Assembly (NCBI GenBank): GCA_965219455.1
Contig: OZ244744.1
Location: forward strand, 2,112,001-2,176,000
Length of the DNA: 64,000 bases
Direction of reading: 5' to 3'
Source: Candidatus Latescibacterota bacterium
Lineage (GTDB): Bacteria; Latescibacterota; UBA2968; GCA-2709665
Below, in pieces: positions 39,795 through 51,817 of this stretch. A program made the translations under genes and the position numbers. The notes under the pieces are model-generated. The model was not told the origin of the DNA. It did no database searches and was given only the letters and a program-made list of their open reading frames with translations. How positions within the stretch are numbered: the stretch's first letter is position 1; each line of letters opens with the position of its first letter.

Positions 39795-41198
39795 ATGGAA
39801 ATACCGATGAATACCGATGACCTCGTGGCCGCATCGCGCCACCTCTGGCAGAACTATTTCCACGGCGCGCAGCCCGAAAAACGACCCATGACGATTACCC
39901 ATGGCAAAGGCCTCTACATTTACGACGCCGAGGGTAACGAATACCTGGACACCTTTGCCTCCCTGCTCACGACGCTGTGCGGCCACGGTCGATCGGAAGT
40001 CATCGACGCGGTCAATAAACAGATGGGGAAATTGGCCTACTTTCCCGGCGAAAAGGACTACCTGATCGAGCCAGCCGTCAGACTGGCCGCAAAATTGGCC
40101 GAAATCGCGCCGGGAGACCTGTCCGTCTCATTCCTTGTCAACGACGGCTCGGAAGCCAACGAGGCGGCCATTAAACTGGCGCGCAGTTATTACTGGGCCA
40201 AAGGCGAAAAGAACCGCTTTAAGGTCATATTCCGCAGGGGCTCATATCACGGCGCCACCCTCGGAGCGCTCTCCGCCACCGGCCTTGCCGGTACTCGCGA
40301 GCCCTTTGAACCCCTGCTCCCGGGATTCACCCATGCCATGCCGGCGAATTGTTATCGCTGCGAACTCGGCCTGGATCCCGAAACCTGTGCGCTGGCCTGC
40401 CTGAAGAATCTGACATCCATCCTGGAATGGGAAGGGCCCCAATCCGTCGCCGCCGTCATTATGGACCCCATCCCCGGCTCAAATACGGGATTTCCCCTTC
40501 CCCCCGACGGATATTTGCAGGGCGTGCGCGACCTGTGTGATCGACACGGTATCCTGCTTATCTTCGATGAAATTCAGACCGGCTTCGGCCGCACCGGGAG
40601 GATGTTCGCCTGTGAGAACTGGAACGTCACCCCGGACATTATGACCGTCGCCAAGGGTTTCTCCGGGGGTTATCTACCAATCGGCGCCGCCATTGCAACC
40701 GAGGAGATCGCCGAATGCATTCGAAGGGCCAGCACGGGATTCCGACACATCCACACCTTCTCCGGCCACGCAGCCGCCTGCGCCGCCGCACTCGCCCATA
40801 TCGAAGTCATCCAGAACGAAAACCTTGTGCAACGCGCCGCCGAACTGGGCGATTATCTGCAGAGGCGGTTGGACGAACTCTACCAGTATCCTCTGGTGGG
40901 AAGTATCCGCGGTCTCGGCACCCTCTGGGCCGTCGAACTCGTGGCGAACCGGGAAACCAGGTCGCCTCTGGACCCTGCGGGAAAAGCTGGCGGCTTTATC
41001 GCCGATTACTGCCGGAAATCCGGCGTGATCCTGCGCAACAACGGCGACATCCTTGTCCTGGCTCCCGCCCTCGTGATGACCTTCGCGCAGGCAGACAGGA
41101 TTTTCAACCTGCTGCATAGCGCCATTGATTCTGCGTTGAGACATTGTGAACAGAAAGAAGACCGCCTCCAGTGGATCAAGGAAGAGACCGGGAATTAG
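39795..41198 (+). CDS. Class III PLP aminotransferase (omega-amino acid type); start may be 39807
   Basis: GSEANE.AIK.AR, SYHG.T, FDEIQTGFGRTG, PDIMT.AKG.SGGY.P, HTF.GH. Confidence 0.93.
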   Translation: MEIPMNTDDLVAASRHLWQNYFHGAQPEKRPMTITHGKGLYIYDAEGNEYLDTFASLLTTLCGHGRSEVIDAVNKQMGKLAYFPGEKDYLIEPAVRLAAKLAEIAPGDLSVSFLVNDGSEANEAAIKLARSYYWAKGEKNRFKVIFRRGSYHGATLGALSATGLAGTREPFEPLLPGFTHAMPANCYRCELGLDPETCALACLKNLTSILEWEGPQSVAAVIMDPIPGSNTGFPLPPDGYLQGVRDLCDRHGILLIFDEIQTGFGRTGRMFACENWNVTPDIMTVAKGFSGGYLPIGAAIATEEIAECIRRASTGFRHIHTFSGHAAACAAALAHIEVIQNENLVQRAAELGDYLQRRLDELYQYPLVGSIRGLGTLWAVELVANRETRSPLDPAGKAGGFIADYCRKSGVILRNNGDILVLAPALVMTFAQADRIFNLLHSAIDSALRHCEQKEDRLQWIKEETGN

Positions 41199-41264
41199 AG
41201 ACCGGACCTCCGCGAGACCCCAGGTGACGGCGCCTCCCCCTTCCTTCCGTGGGAGAAAAAGCCA

Positions 41265-42263
41265 ATGATGCCGCCGAAAGAAAAATGCCTCGATATGCTC
41301 CGAGGGATGTATCGCATCCGCTCGTTCGAAGAGCAGGTGAAAACTCACTACGATTATACCAGCTATCTTCGCGACAATCCCGAAAGCGAAGGGGTCATCT
41401 CCGGCGCGGCCCACCTGGCCATCGGCCAGGAAGCCGCCGAAGTCGGTGTCTGCGCCGCCCTCGAACCGGATGACTTCGTGGCCAGCACACACAGGGGTCA
41501 TGGCCATGCCATTGCCAAAGGCGCAGATCTCAAGCCGATGATGGCCGAGTTAATGGGGCGGAAACACGGGTACAGCGGCGGATGCGGAGGCTCCATGCAC
41601 ATCTTCAGTACCGAACTCGGACTGATTGGAGGCAACGGAATCGTGGGCGCTCAAATCCCCATCGCCACCGGCGCGGCTTTCTCCGCCAAATACCGTGGAA
41701 CACGTCAGGTGGCCGTCGCTTTTTTCAGTGAGGGGGCCGCCAATCAGGGCGCGTTTCACGAAGCCCTTAACATGGCCGCTCTCTGGGACCTCCCCGCGGT
41801 TTACGTCTGCGAAAACAACCTCTACGCCGCCACTACGCCCGCTACAATAACGCTCTCGCCTCCCGACGTTGCCGCCAGGGCGGCCGCTTACGATATGCCA
41901 GGATTCATCGTAGACGGCCAGGACATCCTCGCTGTGTTTAAAATCGTATCGGAGGCCGTTGCCAGAGCTCGCGCCGGAAACGGACCCACACTCGTCGAAT
42001 GCAAGACCTACCGCTTTGTGAGCCACGCAGGCGGCGGCCAATCCGCCCACAACAACCCCGAGGAGCTGGAGGTCTGGAAACGCAAAGATCCGATCGCCCT
42101 CTTCGAACGCAAGCTCACCGGCGCCGGATACCTCACTGCCGAAGAGAGGCAAACCGTCATTTCCGAAGCCCGGTCGGAAGCCCGCGAGGCCGTCGCCTAC
42201 GGCAAACGATCTCCCTATCCTGAATTCGAAGATATGCCCGTTACCTCAGGGGTCGCCCTGTAG
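41265..42263 (+). CDS. ThDP-dependent dehydrogenase E1 alpha (AcoA/PdhA-like)
   Basis: HLAIGQEA, STHRGHGH, GGSMH, NGIVG, HEALN..ENN.Y, VDG.D, KTYR. Confidence 0.92.
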   Translation: MMPPKEKCLDMLRGMYRIRSFEEQVKTHYDYTSYLRDNPESEGVISGAAHLAIGQEAAEVGVCAALEPDDFVASTHRGHGHAIAKGADLKPMMAELMGRKHGYSGGCGGSMHIFSTELGLIGGNGIVGAQIPIATGAAFSAKYRGTRQVAVAFFSEGAANQGAFHEALNMAALWDLPAVYVCENNLYAATTPATITLSPPDVAARAAAYDMPGFIVDGQDILAVFKIVSEAVARARAGNGPTLVECKTYRFVSHAGGGQSAHNNPEELEVWKRKDPIALFERKLTGAGYLTAEERQTVISEARSEAREAVAYGKRSPYPEFEDMPVTSGVAL

Positions 42264-42330
42264 TGTCCCGTCCCAGTTCCAATCCGGATGGGTCAACCTG
42301 ATCCCGCGTTGGACAAATGGAGACCATTCA

Positions 42331-43293
42331 TTGCCCCACGTCACGTACGCCCAGGCCATTAATGACGCCATTCGAGAAGAGATCGCCCGCGACGAGCGTG
42401 TCTTCACCATCGGTGAGGATATCGGTCCGGTCCGCGATGCTGAAAAACTCTGGGACCAGTTCCGCGAGCGCCGCACGTGGCAGACCCCTATTTCCGAATC
42501 GGGCTTTGTCGGATTGGCGGTAGGCGCCGCCATAACCGGCCTGCGTCCGGTCGCCGTCATCATGTATTGTGACTTTGTCACCGTCTGCATGGACCCCATT
42601 GTCAACCAGGCTGCCAAAATCCATCTGATGTCGGGGGGCAACGTCAATGTCCCGCTCGTGATCCGTACTCCTGGCGGGGCAGGCACGCGGGAGGCCGGTC
42701 ATCACAGCCAGAGCCTTGAGAGTTGGTTCGTGCATACTCCGGGACTGAAAGTAGTAATGCCGGCCACGGCCGCCGACGCCAAGGGCCTGATGAAATCCGG
42801 CATCCGCGACGACGGCCCGGTTGTTTTCATCCAGCACCGGCTGCTGGGCGAAATCGAGCAGGCCGTGCCGGAAGGCGATCACGTCGTTCCCCTGGGCGTC
42901 GCGGACGTAAAACGCAAAGGCGTCGATGTTACCGTTGTCGCCGTCTCCTACGCGTTGCCGAAGACACTTCAAGCGGCTGAATTCCTGGAATCGGACATCA
43001 GCGTCGAGGTGATAGACCCCCGTACGCTCGTCCCTCTCGACGTGGACACCATCCTTCGCTCGGTGAAAAAAACCGGCCGCCTCCTGGTCGTGCACGAAGC
43101 GCCCGCACGAGGGGGTGTCGGTGCGGAAGTTGTCCGCCAGGTTGCCGAACGGGGTTTTGAACACCTTCGCAAACCCCCAAAGGTTCTCGGCGGCCTGAAT
43201 ACGCCAATGCCGTACAGCGCCTCGCTTGAAGATGCCTGTTTACCTCAGCCTGAGGACATCGCCAACACCATCAGAAATTGCGTCCGCGGCTAG
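42331..43293 (+). CDS. ThDP-dependent dehydrogenase E1 beta (AcoB/PdhB-like)
   Basis: GEDIG, TPISE, HHSQ, PGLKVV.P...DAKGL, EVIDPRTL.PLD, KTGR. Confidence 0.92.
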   Translation: MPHVTYAQAINDAIREEIARDERVFTIGEDIGPVRDAEKLWDQFRERRTWQTPISESGFVGLAVGAAITGLRPVAVIMYCDFVTVCMDPIVNQAAKIHLMSGGNVNVPLVIRTPGGAGTREAGHHSQSLESWFVHTPGLKVVMPATAADAKGLMKSGIRDDGPVVFIQHRLLGEIEQAVPEGDHVVPLGVADVKRKGVDVTVVAVSYALPKTLQAAEFLESDISVEVIDPRTLVPLDVDTILRSVKKTGRLLVVHEAPARGGVGAEVVRQVAERGFEHLRKPPKVLGGLNTPMPYSASLEDACLPQPEDIANTIRNCVRG

Positions 43294-43324
43294 ACTGGCG
43301 CGGCTTCGAGATGCTCAACCCTCC

Positions 43325-43578
43325 TGCGCCCACACGCTGGCGAAGCGCTTGTAAAGGTGGGGCAGACATTCCTGTCTGCCCGCCTCGTTGGTCCTTCTGT
43401 GGGATTGGAGACAGAAGGTTAGTTTACTCCGCCGCAGGTCTATCCGCAAAATGCGTCCGTCGCCCGTGCGCCCACACTCTCAGGAAGCGCTTGTAAAGGT
43501 GGGGCAGACATTCCTGTCTGCCCGCCTCGTTGGTTCTTCTGTCATCCTGAGGAAGCCGCCAGGCTGACGAAGCATCTC
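43325..43578. repeat. 76-bp direct repeat carrying a REP-like palindrome, plus a further palindromic repeat
   Basis: 43325-43400 and 43467-43542 are near-identical and contain GGGCAGACA-TTCC-TGTCTGCCC. They are followed by TGTCATCCTGAG...GACGAAGCATCTC. Confidence 0.85.
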
Positions 43579-44034
43579 CTGCAGCATTGGATGATGCCTG
43601 AGTGTCTCTCACCTGGCCCGGCTTGCCAGGCAGCACAACAACCCCCTTTTAGCCCACCGGCAACGGCTCGACAAGCCAAAGTCCGGGTGTGGCGATGATC
43701 GATTCCTGGTATCTGTAGGGGCGACCGGGAGAGAGGGCGAGTTCTACAGGGACGCGTTAGCGCTATTGCTTGAGGCTGAAGCAACTTAGATCAGAGTCGA
43801 AGAAACCTGCACCGGCAAGCCACGAGGCTCCTCGTGCTGGAGGGAGCTGGCCAACCTTCCTCAATGGGACAACTATTTCGTTGAGAAACAGACGGTCGCG
43901 AAATGACCGGGCGGCGTTTCGCAGGCGCGAATTTATCCAGGACTGGGTACTTTGACTGCCGCGCGGTGCAACGCCTTGAGGCGCTGCACGTCGTCGATAG
44001 TCTCAATCCGAGCGGCGTATGGTTGCAACGCAGG

Positions 44035-46953
44035 CTATTTACGTGTCCGTCCCTTTTTTTTGACAACTGTTGAACGCCCTGGCCGCTTTTCCAGGACATT
44101 CCGCGTATATTTGCAGTTGGGCCAATTCGAACAACCGATAAACAGTCCATATTTTCCACTCTTCTCCTGCAGCCATCCAAAGCACGTCGGACATCCCTCA
44201 ACGGCCTGCCGGCAGTCTCGGCAACGGTAGTTCCCATCAGCTTTCGCCAGTAATCCAGTCCTGCAATGGGGACACCCGGACTGTCGATACTCGCAATATG
44301 GCCAGTGCGAACAACCGTAGAATATCCCCCTGTCCTGAGCGCTACCTCTCCGCTGCAGCCTTCCATGGATGCATTTGGGGCACGGTACATCCCGTTTCGG
44401 TTGCTTTCCATGAACCTTTACGTCATAACCGTCCTTCATCAACTCCTCGACGAAAGCCGAAGGCGTTCCGATATCGACAACGAGATAGACGCCGCGCCTG
44501 GCGCGAGTGACCGCGACATAGAACAAGCGGCGCTCCTCGGCGTTTGGATATGCTTCCGGCGCAGCCAGAACGAGATCCAGTAGCGGGTCGTCATCGATCT
44601 CGGTGGGGAAGCCGTACTTTCCGGAGCATAGGTCGAGCACCACCACATAGTCGGCCTCAAGGCCTTTGGAGCCGTGGACAGTCATGAAAGAGAGTTGAAG
44701 ATTGAAATGTGCTCGCGCCAACGCGCCCATATTCTGAGGCCTGGTGTGCCTGTACCGGCCCAGCAGCAGAACCGTAGAGTACTCGTCGTCCTCGGCTGCA
44801 TGAGCGGCAATTGCGTTCAACGCCTCCGCCAGTGGATCGGGACACGTTTCTCGGGCGACCATTACATGCACGCATGGTTCGTCTGCATTGAAGATAGACG
44901 AAACACGCTTACGGATCTGTGCGGGATTGCTGAGCACGAATCGGGTTGCGAGATCGGCGATACGATCCGTGCATCTGAACGTTGTTTCCAGGTTGACTCG
45001 TTCGCTCTCGCCAAAGCGTGCCGTGAACTCTCGCATGATGGCGATGTCCGAACCCGCAAATCGGTAGATGGCCTGCCAATCGTCGCCGACCGCAAACAAC
45101 TGTGCGGTGTTCGATGTGTCCAGCAACGCCTTCAGCAGTCGCGCTCTCCCGGCCGAAATATCCTGAAACTCATCGACGAGTATGTAGCCAAACCGGTTGC
45201 GGTAACGCCCACTCTGCACGTGTTCCGTCGCGTTGGTGATCATGTCGTGGAAATCGATTTTCCGCAGCCGCGCAAGCGATTCCTGGTAACGCTCATATAC
45301 AGGAATGAAAACGGTCAGGAAAGCCTCGGCCCGAGGACGGTTTCGAGCCCTGGCAGCGCGACGGGTCACGTCGTTTGCCGACAGTTGCGCACCCTTGTAG
45401 TGATGGAGGAACGTCGCAACCAGACGCGTGAAAGGATCGATTCGACCTTGCTGTTCGAGGACGGAGAAGGTGTCCTGGGATGGGATCGGAGATAGCTTTA
45501 CCCCATGGACGGCCAGTTTTTCCGCCAGGTTCTCGGTCAGTCTGCCCGCATCCTTTTCGTGACTATAGGTCTCCACAAGAACCGTGCCATGTTCCGCATG
45601 CAGCCGTCTTTTCCAGTCCAATGACCTGAGATATTCGTCGCGATCGATAAAGGGAGGCGTATTATTCGATTCCGAGAGTGCAAAATGCTCAATGTATATC
45701 CCCGCGTCGGGGAGGTAGAAGTCGGGCCGGTATCGCCTCTTGTCCGACGCGGCGGTTTCGTGTTCGTAGTCGCGTTCGTACTCATAAGGCACGCCGTTGA
45801 GGTAAAGGAAGTTGGCAATCTCGCATTCTTCGAAACTCTTGAGCTTCTCGCCTTGCAGGGACCGGACCCCGTTGTCCCGGAGATAAGCCCAATACTCTCC
45901 CTGAGTCTGGAATTCGAACTCGCTTCGGTACGGAGCAAAATGCCCTGCGAACCATCTGAGCATGACCCCGGCGAACCTGGGATCGGCGACGAGGTCGCCA
46001 ATGATGCACTTCAGCAGGTCGAACAGGGCTTGTTCATCTACCGCAGCCTTGGCCACGGCCGGGCGTCTGCGTTCCACCTCGCTGATGATCGACATGCCCA
46101 GGCTGTGGAATGTTCGAACCGTGAGTTCGGCGCCCAACTGTACGCCAAGGCGTTTCCGGACCCTTTCCTTCATTTCTTCCTGGGCATCTTTGGCAAATGC
46201 AAGCAGAAGCAGTTCCGATGGGCGCCGGTAACCCTTATGAATAAGCCAGCCGGCCTTGGCAACGATGACTGACGTCTTGCCGCTTCCGGCGGCTGCAACG
46301 ACCAGGTTGCGGTCTTCATCGACGACAACCGCTCTCCGCTGCTCGTCCGTGAGCGGCCTCGCCTCGATCCTTTCGAAGAAATCCCTGGATCGCACCAGTT
46401 CGTTGGCCACAAACGTTTCGCAGGCTCTCGCCCGACAAACTTCGGAATCATCCGCGAAGTCCTGAATCGCCTTCAGCATTCGGATTTCTGCGATGTCGGA
46501 TAGTTGTTCGGGCCACTGAGAGGGGAACCGGGCGACCACGGCTTTTGCATCTTGCTCGATTGGGGAAAAGACAGTACGCGCCACATACCGCGGCGGGTCG
46601 GTAAACTGCGCCAGGCGGTCGTAAACGGATTGAATCGTTCCGACATGTGTATCCTCCAGGGCGTCTCGCCACCAGTCGACTCTCCCGCGTATAAGTGCGT
46701 CGCTGAACAACTCAGCGTCCGGCTTCGACAGTCCGGATACCGTTACATTGCCAGAGACGAAACGTACTTGCAATCCTCCCCAGAACCACCCGTGCGCCAC
46801 CTCCGCGGTCTCGATTTCCCGAAAGGGGATAACCATCGACCTGGACGGGTGTTCCAGAATCAATGTTGCACTGTTCAACGTGACCGCTCTGGCATGTCCC
46901 GGACGAAGGATCGGGAACACGTACGAGGCCAGGCCGGATCGTCCGACGCGCAT
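44035..46953 (-). CDS. Helicase IV-like SF1 (UvrD) helicase with a PD-(D/E)xK-like insert and C-terminal topoisomerase-type Zn ribbons (start may be 47010)
   Basis: AAAGSGKT, TFH, DEFQD, VGDDWQAIYRF, TFR, SKGLE, EERRLFYVAVTRA. Insert KS.EE..IAN.L...Y.YE...YRPDFYL....YIEHF. Tail CPKC..FYGCS.WPYC and F.GCSNWPNC.YT. Confidence 0.9.
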   Translation of the reverse strand: MRVGRSGLASYVFPILRPGHARAVTLNSATLILEHPSRSMVIPFREIETAEVAHGWFWGGLQVRFVSGNVTVSGLSKPDAELFSDALIRGRVDWWRDALEDTHVGTIQSVYDRLAQFTDPPRYVARTVFSPIEQDAKAVVARFPSQWPEQLSDIAEIRMLKAIQDFADDSEVCRARACETFVANELVRSRDFFERIEARPLTDEQRRAVVVDEDRNLVVAAAGSGKTSVIVAKAGWLIHKGYRRPSELLLLAFAKDAQEEMKERVRKRLGVQLGAELTVRTFHSLGMSIISEVERRRPAVAKAAVDEQALFDLLKCIIGDLVADPRFAGVMLRWFAGHFAPYRSEFEFQTQGEYWAYLRDNGVRSLQGEKLKSFEECEIANFLYLNGVPYEYERDYEHETAASDKRRYRPDFYLPDAGIYIEHFALSESNNTPPFIDRDEYLRSLDWKRRLHAEHGTVLVETYSHEKDAGRLTENLAEKLAVHGVKLSPIPSQDTFSVLEQQGRIDPFTRLVATFLHHYKGAQLSANDVTRRAARARNRPRAEAFLTVFIPVYERYQESLARLRKIDFHDMITNATEHVQSGRYRNRFGYILVDEFQDISAGRARLLKALLDTSNTAQLFAVGDDWQAIYRFAGSDIAIMREFTARFGESERVNLETTFRCTDRIADLATRFVLSNPAQIRKRVSSIFNADEPCVHVMVARETCPDPLAEALNAIAAHAAEDDEYSTVLLLGRYRHTRPQNMGALARAHFNLQLSFMTVHGSKGLEADYVVVLDLCSGKYGFPTEIDDDPLLDLVLAAPEAYPNAEERRLFYVAVTRARRGVYLVVDIGTPSAFVEELMKDGYDVKVHGKQPKRDVPCPKCIHGRLQRRGSAQDRGIFYGCSHWPYCEYRQSGCPHCRTGLLAKADGNYRCRDCRQAVEGCPTCFGWLQEKSGKYGLFIGCSNWPNCKYTRNVLEKRPGRSTVVKKKGRTRK

Positions 46954-47513
46954 AGATCCCCTGGGGCCCGAATTACGACTGTGTGCACGGGCCAAGTCTG
47001 TCTTCCACACATGCGAAGTACATTAGTTGACACGGTAAGCGTGGCCTTCAGGCACACTTGAATATTGCCCGGTAGCCTATCCGTTTCAAGCTGGGCTTTT
47101 TTATCCTGCAAACCGTATGCCAGGCCGATCGGGTAACGACTGTAAAACCAGTCGTGCAGGCGGTCGCTGCGCGGGCGCTGGCCTCCGCCTCATCGGCTGC
47201 CGCGCCCGCGTCAATTTCCACCCCGAAGGGAGTTGTAAGGCATTCCAACATGAATTCCGCCTTTGTTTTCCATTGACACTCTCCCCCCATTGCGCTTTCT
47301 TTCGCCTTCCGTAACGCCGTCTTTCGTTTTCGGCCGAATGGCGGGTTCGTCGTTCCCCAATGTCTCTGGGCGTATGGCCTGTCTCGTTCGAAAACTTTGC
47401 ATTTCATTACAATACAGCGTTGTCCTGAATAAGCAGAACTCCAACCCCGAATTAACAAATCACGCGTAGACCGCCCCCCATGGGGTTTTCTATTTTGATG
47501 GAGAGGCCAGCCA

Positions 47514-48314
47514 ATGGAAACCGTACGCGACAGGCTCTGGATCTTCACCTGTGTGGCCGGATCGGACAACGACTCTCTCACCCAGGCCGGGTACCCGCAA
47601 GGGTCGCGCATGACACCGGCCGAAGGCGCATTATTTCTGGATGTCCCCAACCTCCATATGATCCGGTGGCGCGGTCTGCCCGCGTATCCGTACGAGCAGT
47701 ATGCCGTTACCTTTTCCTCGCTGAAGCAGGTCACCTGGTCCATCGTGGGCAGCGGCGGCCAGGTGGAAGGAGATGAACTGCAGAGGGTTCTCGATCTTGC
47801 CGGGAGGCATCCCAACGTCACCGGCGTCTATCTGGACGACTTCATGAGAAAGGAAGGCCGAGGCGCCCTCAGCGTGGATGACCTGGCCAACATACGTCCG
47901 AGATTAAACATTTCCGGCAGAAGGCTGGACCTCTGGGTTGTCCTGTACGTCAAGCAACTCGACCTTCCCGTTGCCCCCTACCTCGAATACTGCGACGTGG
48001 TCAATCTCTGGACCTGGAACTCCGAAGACCTGGAAAACCTGGAACAGAACCTGGAACGCCTCGAAGCGGTGAATCCCGGCGGCCGCGTTTCCCTGGGGTG
48101 TTATCTCTGGGACTTCCACAACCAGCGCTCGGTTTCCATCCCGCAAATGGAGCACCAGTGTGACCTTGGTCTCCGGTGGCTGCGGGAAGGCCGTATCGAA
48201 AGCATCGTTTTTCTCGCCAACACCACCTGCGACATCGGTATCGAGTCCGCCCCGTGGGCGCAGGCGTGGACCAGGAAGGTCGGTGATATACCGCTTGACG
48301 CTGTCAAGGGGTGA
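47514..48314 (+). CDS. Hypothetical protein, possible TIM-barrel glycoside hydrolase-like
   Basis: Good RBS (GGAGAGG); alpha/beta pattern with GVYLDDF, LWVVLY, LGCYLWD. Confidence 0.65.
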   Translation: METVRDRLWIFTCVAGSDNDSLTQAGYPQGSRMTPAEGALFLDVPNLHMIRWRGLPAYPYEQYAVTFSSLKQVTWSIVGSGGQVEGDELQRVLDLAGRHPNVTGVYLDDFMRKEGRGALSVDDLANIRPRLNISGRRLDLWVVLYVKQLDLPVAPYLEYCDVVNLWTWNSEDLENLEQNLERLEAVNPGGRVSLGCYLWDFHNQRSVSIPQMEHQCDLGLRWLREGRIESIVFLANTTCDIGIESAPWAQAWTRKVGDIPLDAVKG

Positions 48315-48481
48315 ACCGGACACGCGGTACAATAGCCACAAAGGACACAGAACGTACATAGCAGTTCGGAAACGACCGCAATCGGGTCGCAAGTTTTGTG
48401 GTTTATCGGGCAGGGCATGCTTGAGTCTTGCATTTTCGGATGCGGCTGGGCAAAGCGAAGCTACGTGAGGAGACGACCAAT

Positions 48482-49750
48482 ATGGAGAACCGGGAAGGGA
48501 TCGGAAACAACCTCGACACGAGTATCTACATACGGAGCGACGGCCTTCATGCGTTTTACGCATCAGGACAGACGTATATGGGCGCGACCGGCGAACGCAT
48601 CGTTGAAACGGTGACCTCCGAATGCCTCCAGTGGGTGACTCACGATGATGGACGCACGACGCTGGATGCCTGTTACGACGGCACCTGGCTCAGGTTATCG
48701 GAAGACAGCGGATCACACTGGACGGACTGGGGGCCGAGGGTACGCTTCGACATCGGGATCGCGGACGAGCAACTGATGCCGGCGGGATTCAGCCTGGACA
48801 GGAATAACGACACCCTGGTGCAGTTCTACCGGGGGCAGAAGGCCGATAAGAGTTGTTACGGCTACATCAACCAGGGCGCCTATCGGGCGTATTACAGCGT
48901 CTCCGGCGACCAGGGAAGAACCTGGAGCGATCCCGAGCAGATCATCGCCCGGGGTGACGGTTTTGAAGCGGAACGCTGGGGTCCCGGCTTCGAGTATGGC
49001 GTCCGAGGCGGGATCCTCAACGGGAACCACTGCGTCTGGCTGGAGGACGGGTCGGTACTGGCGCCCTTCACGGAATACGAACGATTGGACGGTACCAGAC
49101 CCTGGTGCTTCAGGGTGGTCTGCGCAAGGGGAAATTGGAAGGACGATATGAGCGGGCTTGACTGGGAGTTTGGGGACTTTATCGAGGTACCGTTTGAGAA
49201 ATCCGGCATCGGATGCTGCGAGCCCTCAATCACGGCCTTGGAATCGGGTGCGCTGTTCGTCACGATGAGGTGTCAGGGGAACGAGGCCCAGGGCTTCTAT
49301 TCCATACCCTATACCGCCGTTTCGGAGGATGGCGGAATGAGCTGGACGCAGCCGGAGCCTCTGACCTATGATGACGGCACGAACGTATGGACGCCCGCCT
49401 CGTGTACAGCCTTTTATGATTCCTCAGTGACGGGCAAGACCTACTGGATTGCCAATATCCTGGACGGCCCCGTCTACGGGCAGATTCCTCGATATCCGCT
49501 GAATATTTCCGAATTCGACACGGTCAACGCGTGCATCGTGAAGAACTCGGTCCGGCTCATTCAGGACCGGCCCGACGACGCGCACGAAAACGTAAGATAT
49601 ACCAACTTCGGGTGGTATGAAGACAGAAGATCAGGAAAACTGATTATCACGCTTCCCGAGCAGTATCGCAGCATGGGTTGGGACGACATGGAAAAGCCGG
49701 AGGACTTCGCGGCGGATTGCATCAAATACACGGTAGATTTGGAAGAGTAG
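48482..49750 (+). CDS. BNR/Asp-box sialidase-family protein
   Basis: Asp-boxes SEDSGSHW, SGDQGRTW, SEDGGMSW; CEP, MR, RYPL. Confidence 0.82.
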   Translation: MENREGIGNNLDTSIYIRSDGLHAFYASGQTYMGATGERIVETVTSECLQWVTHDDGRTTLDACYDGTWLRLSEDSGSHWTDWGPRVRFDIGIADEQLMPAGFSLDRNNDTLVQFYRGQKADKSCYGYINQGAYRAYYSVSGDQGRTWSDPEQIIARGDGFEAERWGPGFEYGVRGGILNGNHCVWLEDGSVLAPFTEYERLDGTRPWCFRVVCARGNWKDDMSGLDWEFGDFIEVPFEKSGIGCCEPSITALESGALFVTMRCQGNEAQGFYSIPYTAVSEDGGMSWTQPEPLTYDDGTNVWTPASCTAFYDSSVTGKTYWIANILDGPVYGQIPRYPLNISEFDTVNACIVKNSVRLIQDRPDDAHENVRYTNFGWYEDRRSGKLIITLPEQYRSMGWDDMEKPEDFAADCIKYTVDLEE

Positions 49751-49785
49751 TAATTTAAATTATGCCATTCATGAACAACAACTTA

Positions 49786-51764
<1,979 letters not shown>

Positions 51765-51817
51765 CATGGATGCACAGGATAGACAGGATAAAATCTCAAT
51801 CGCCGTAACGATGTGTC

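Noticed and set aside
43325-43542. CRISPR array
   Set aside because: Only two 76-bp units, REP-like palindrome, no cas genes.
43929-44030. Minus-strand remnant ALQPYAARIETIDDVQRLKALHRAA, resembling Rpn/DUF4351-like tails
   Set aside because: Too short, no start codon; cannot be supported.
47040-47260. Coding-looking minus-strand fragment (RLHDWFYSRYPIGLAYGL)
   Set aside because: Frame-broken and no recognisable family.
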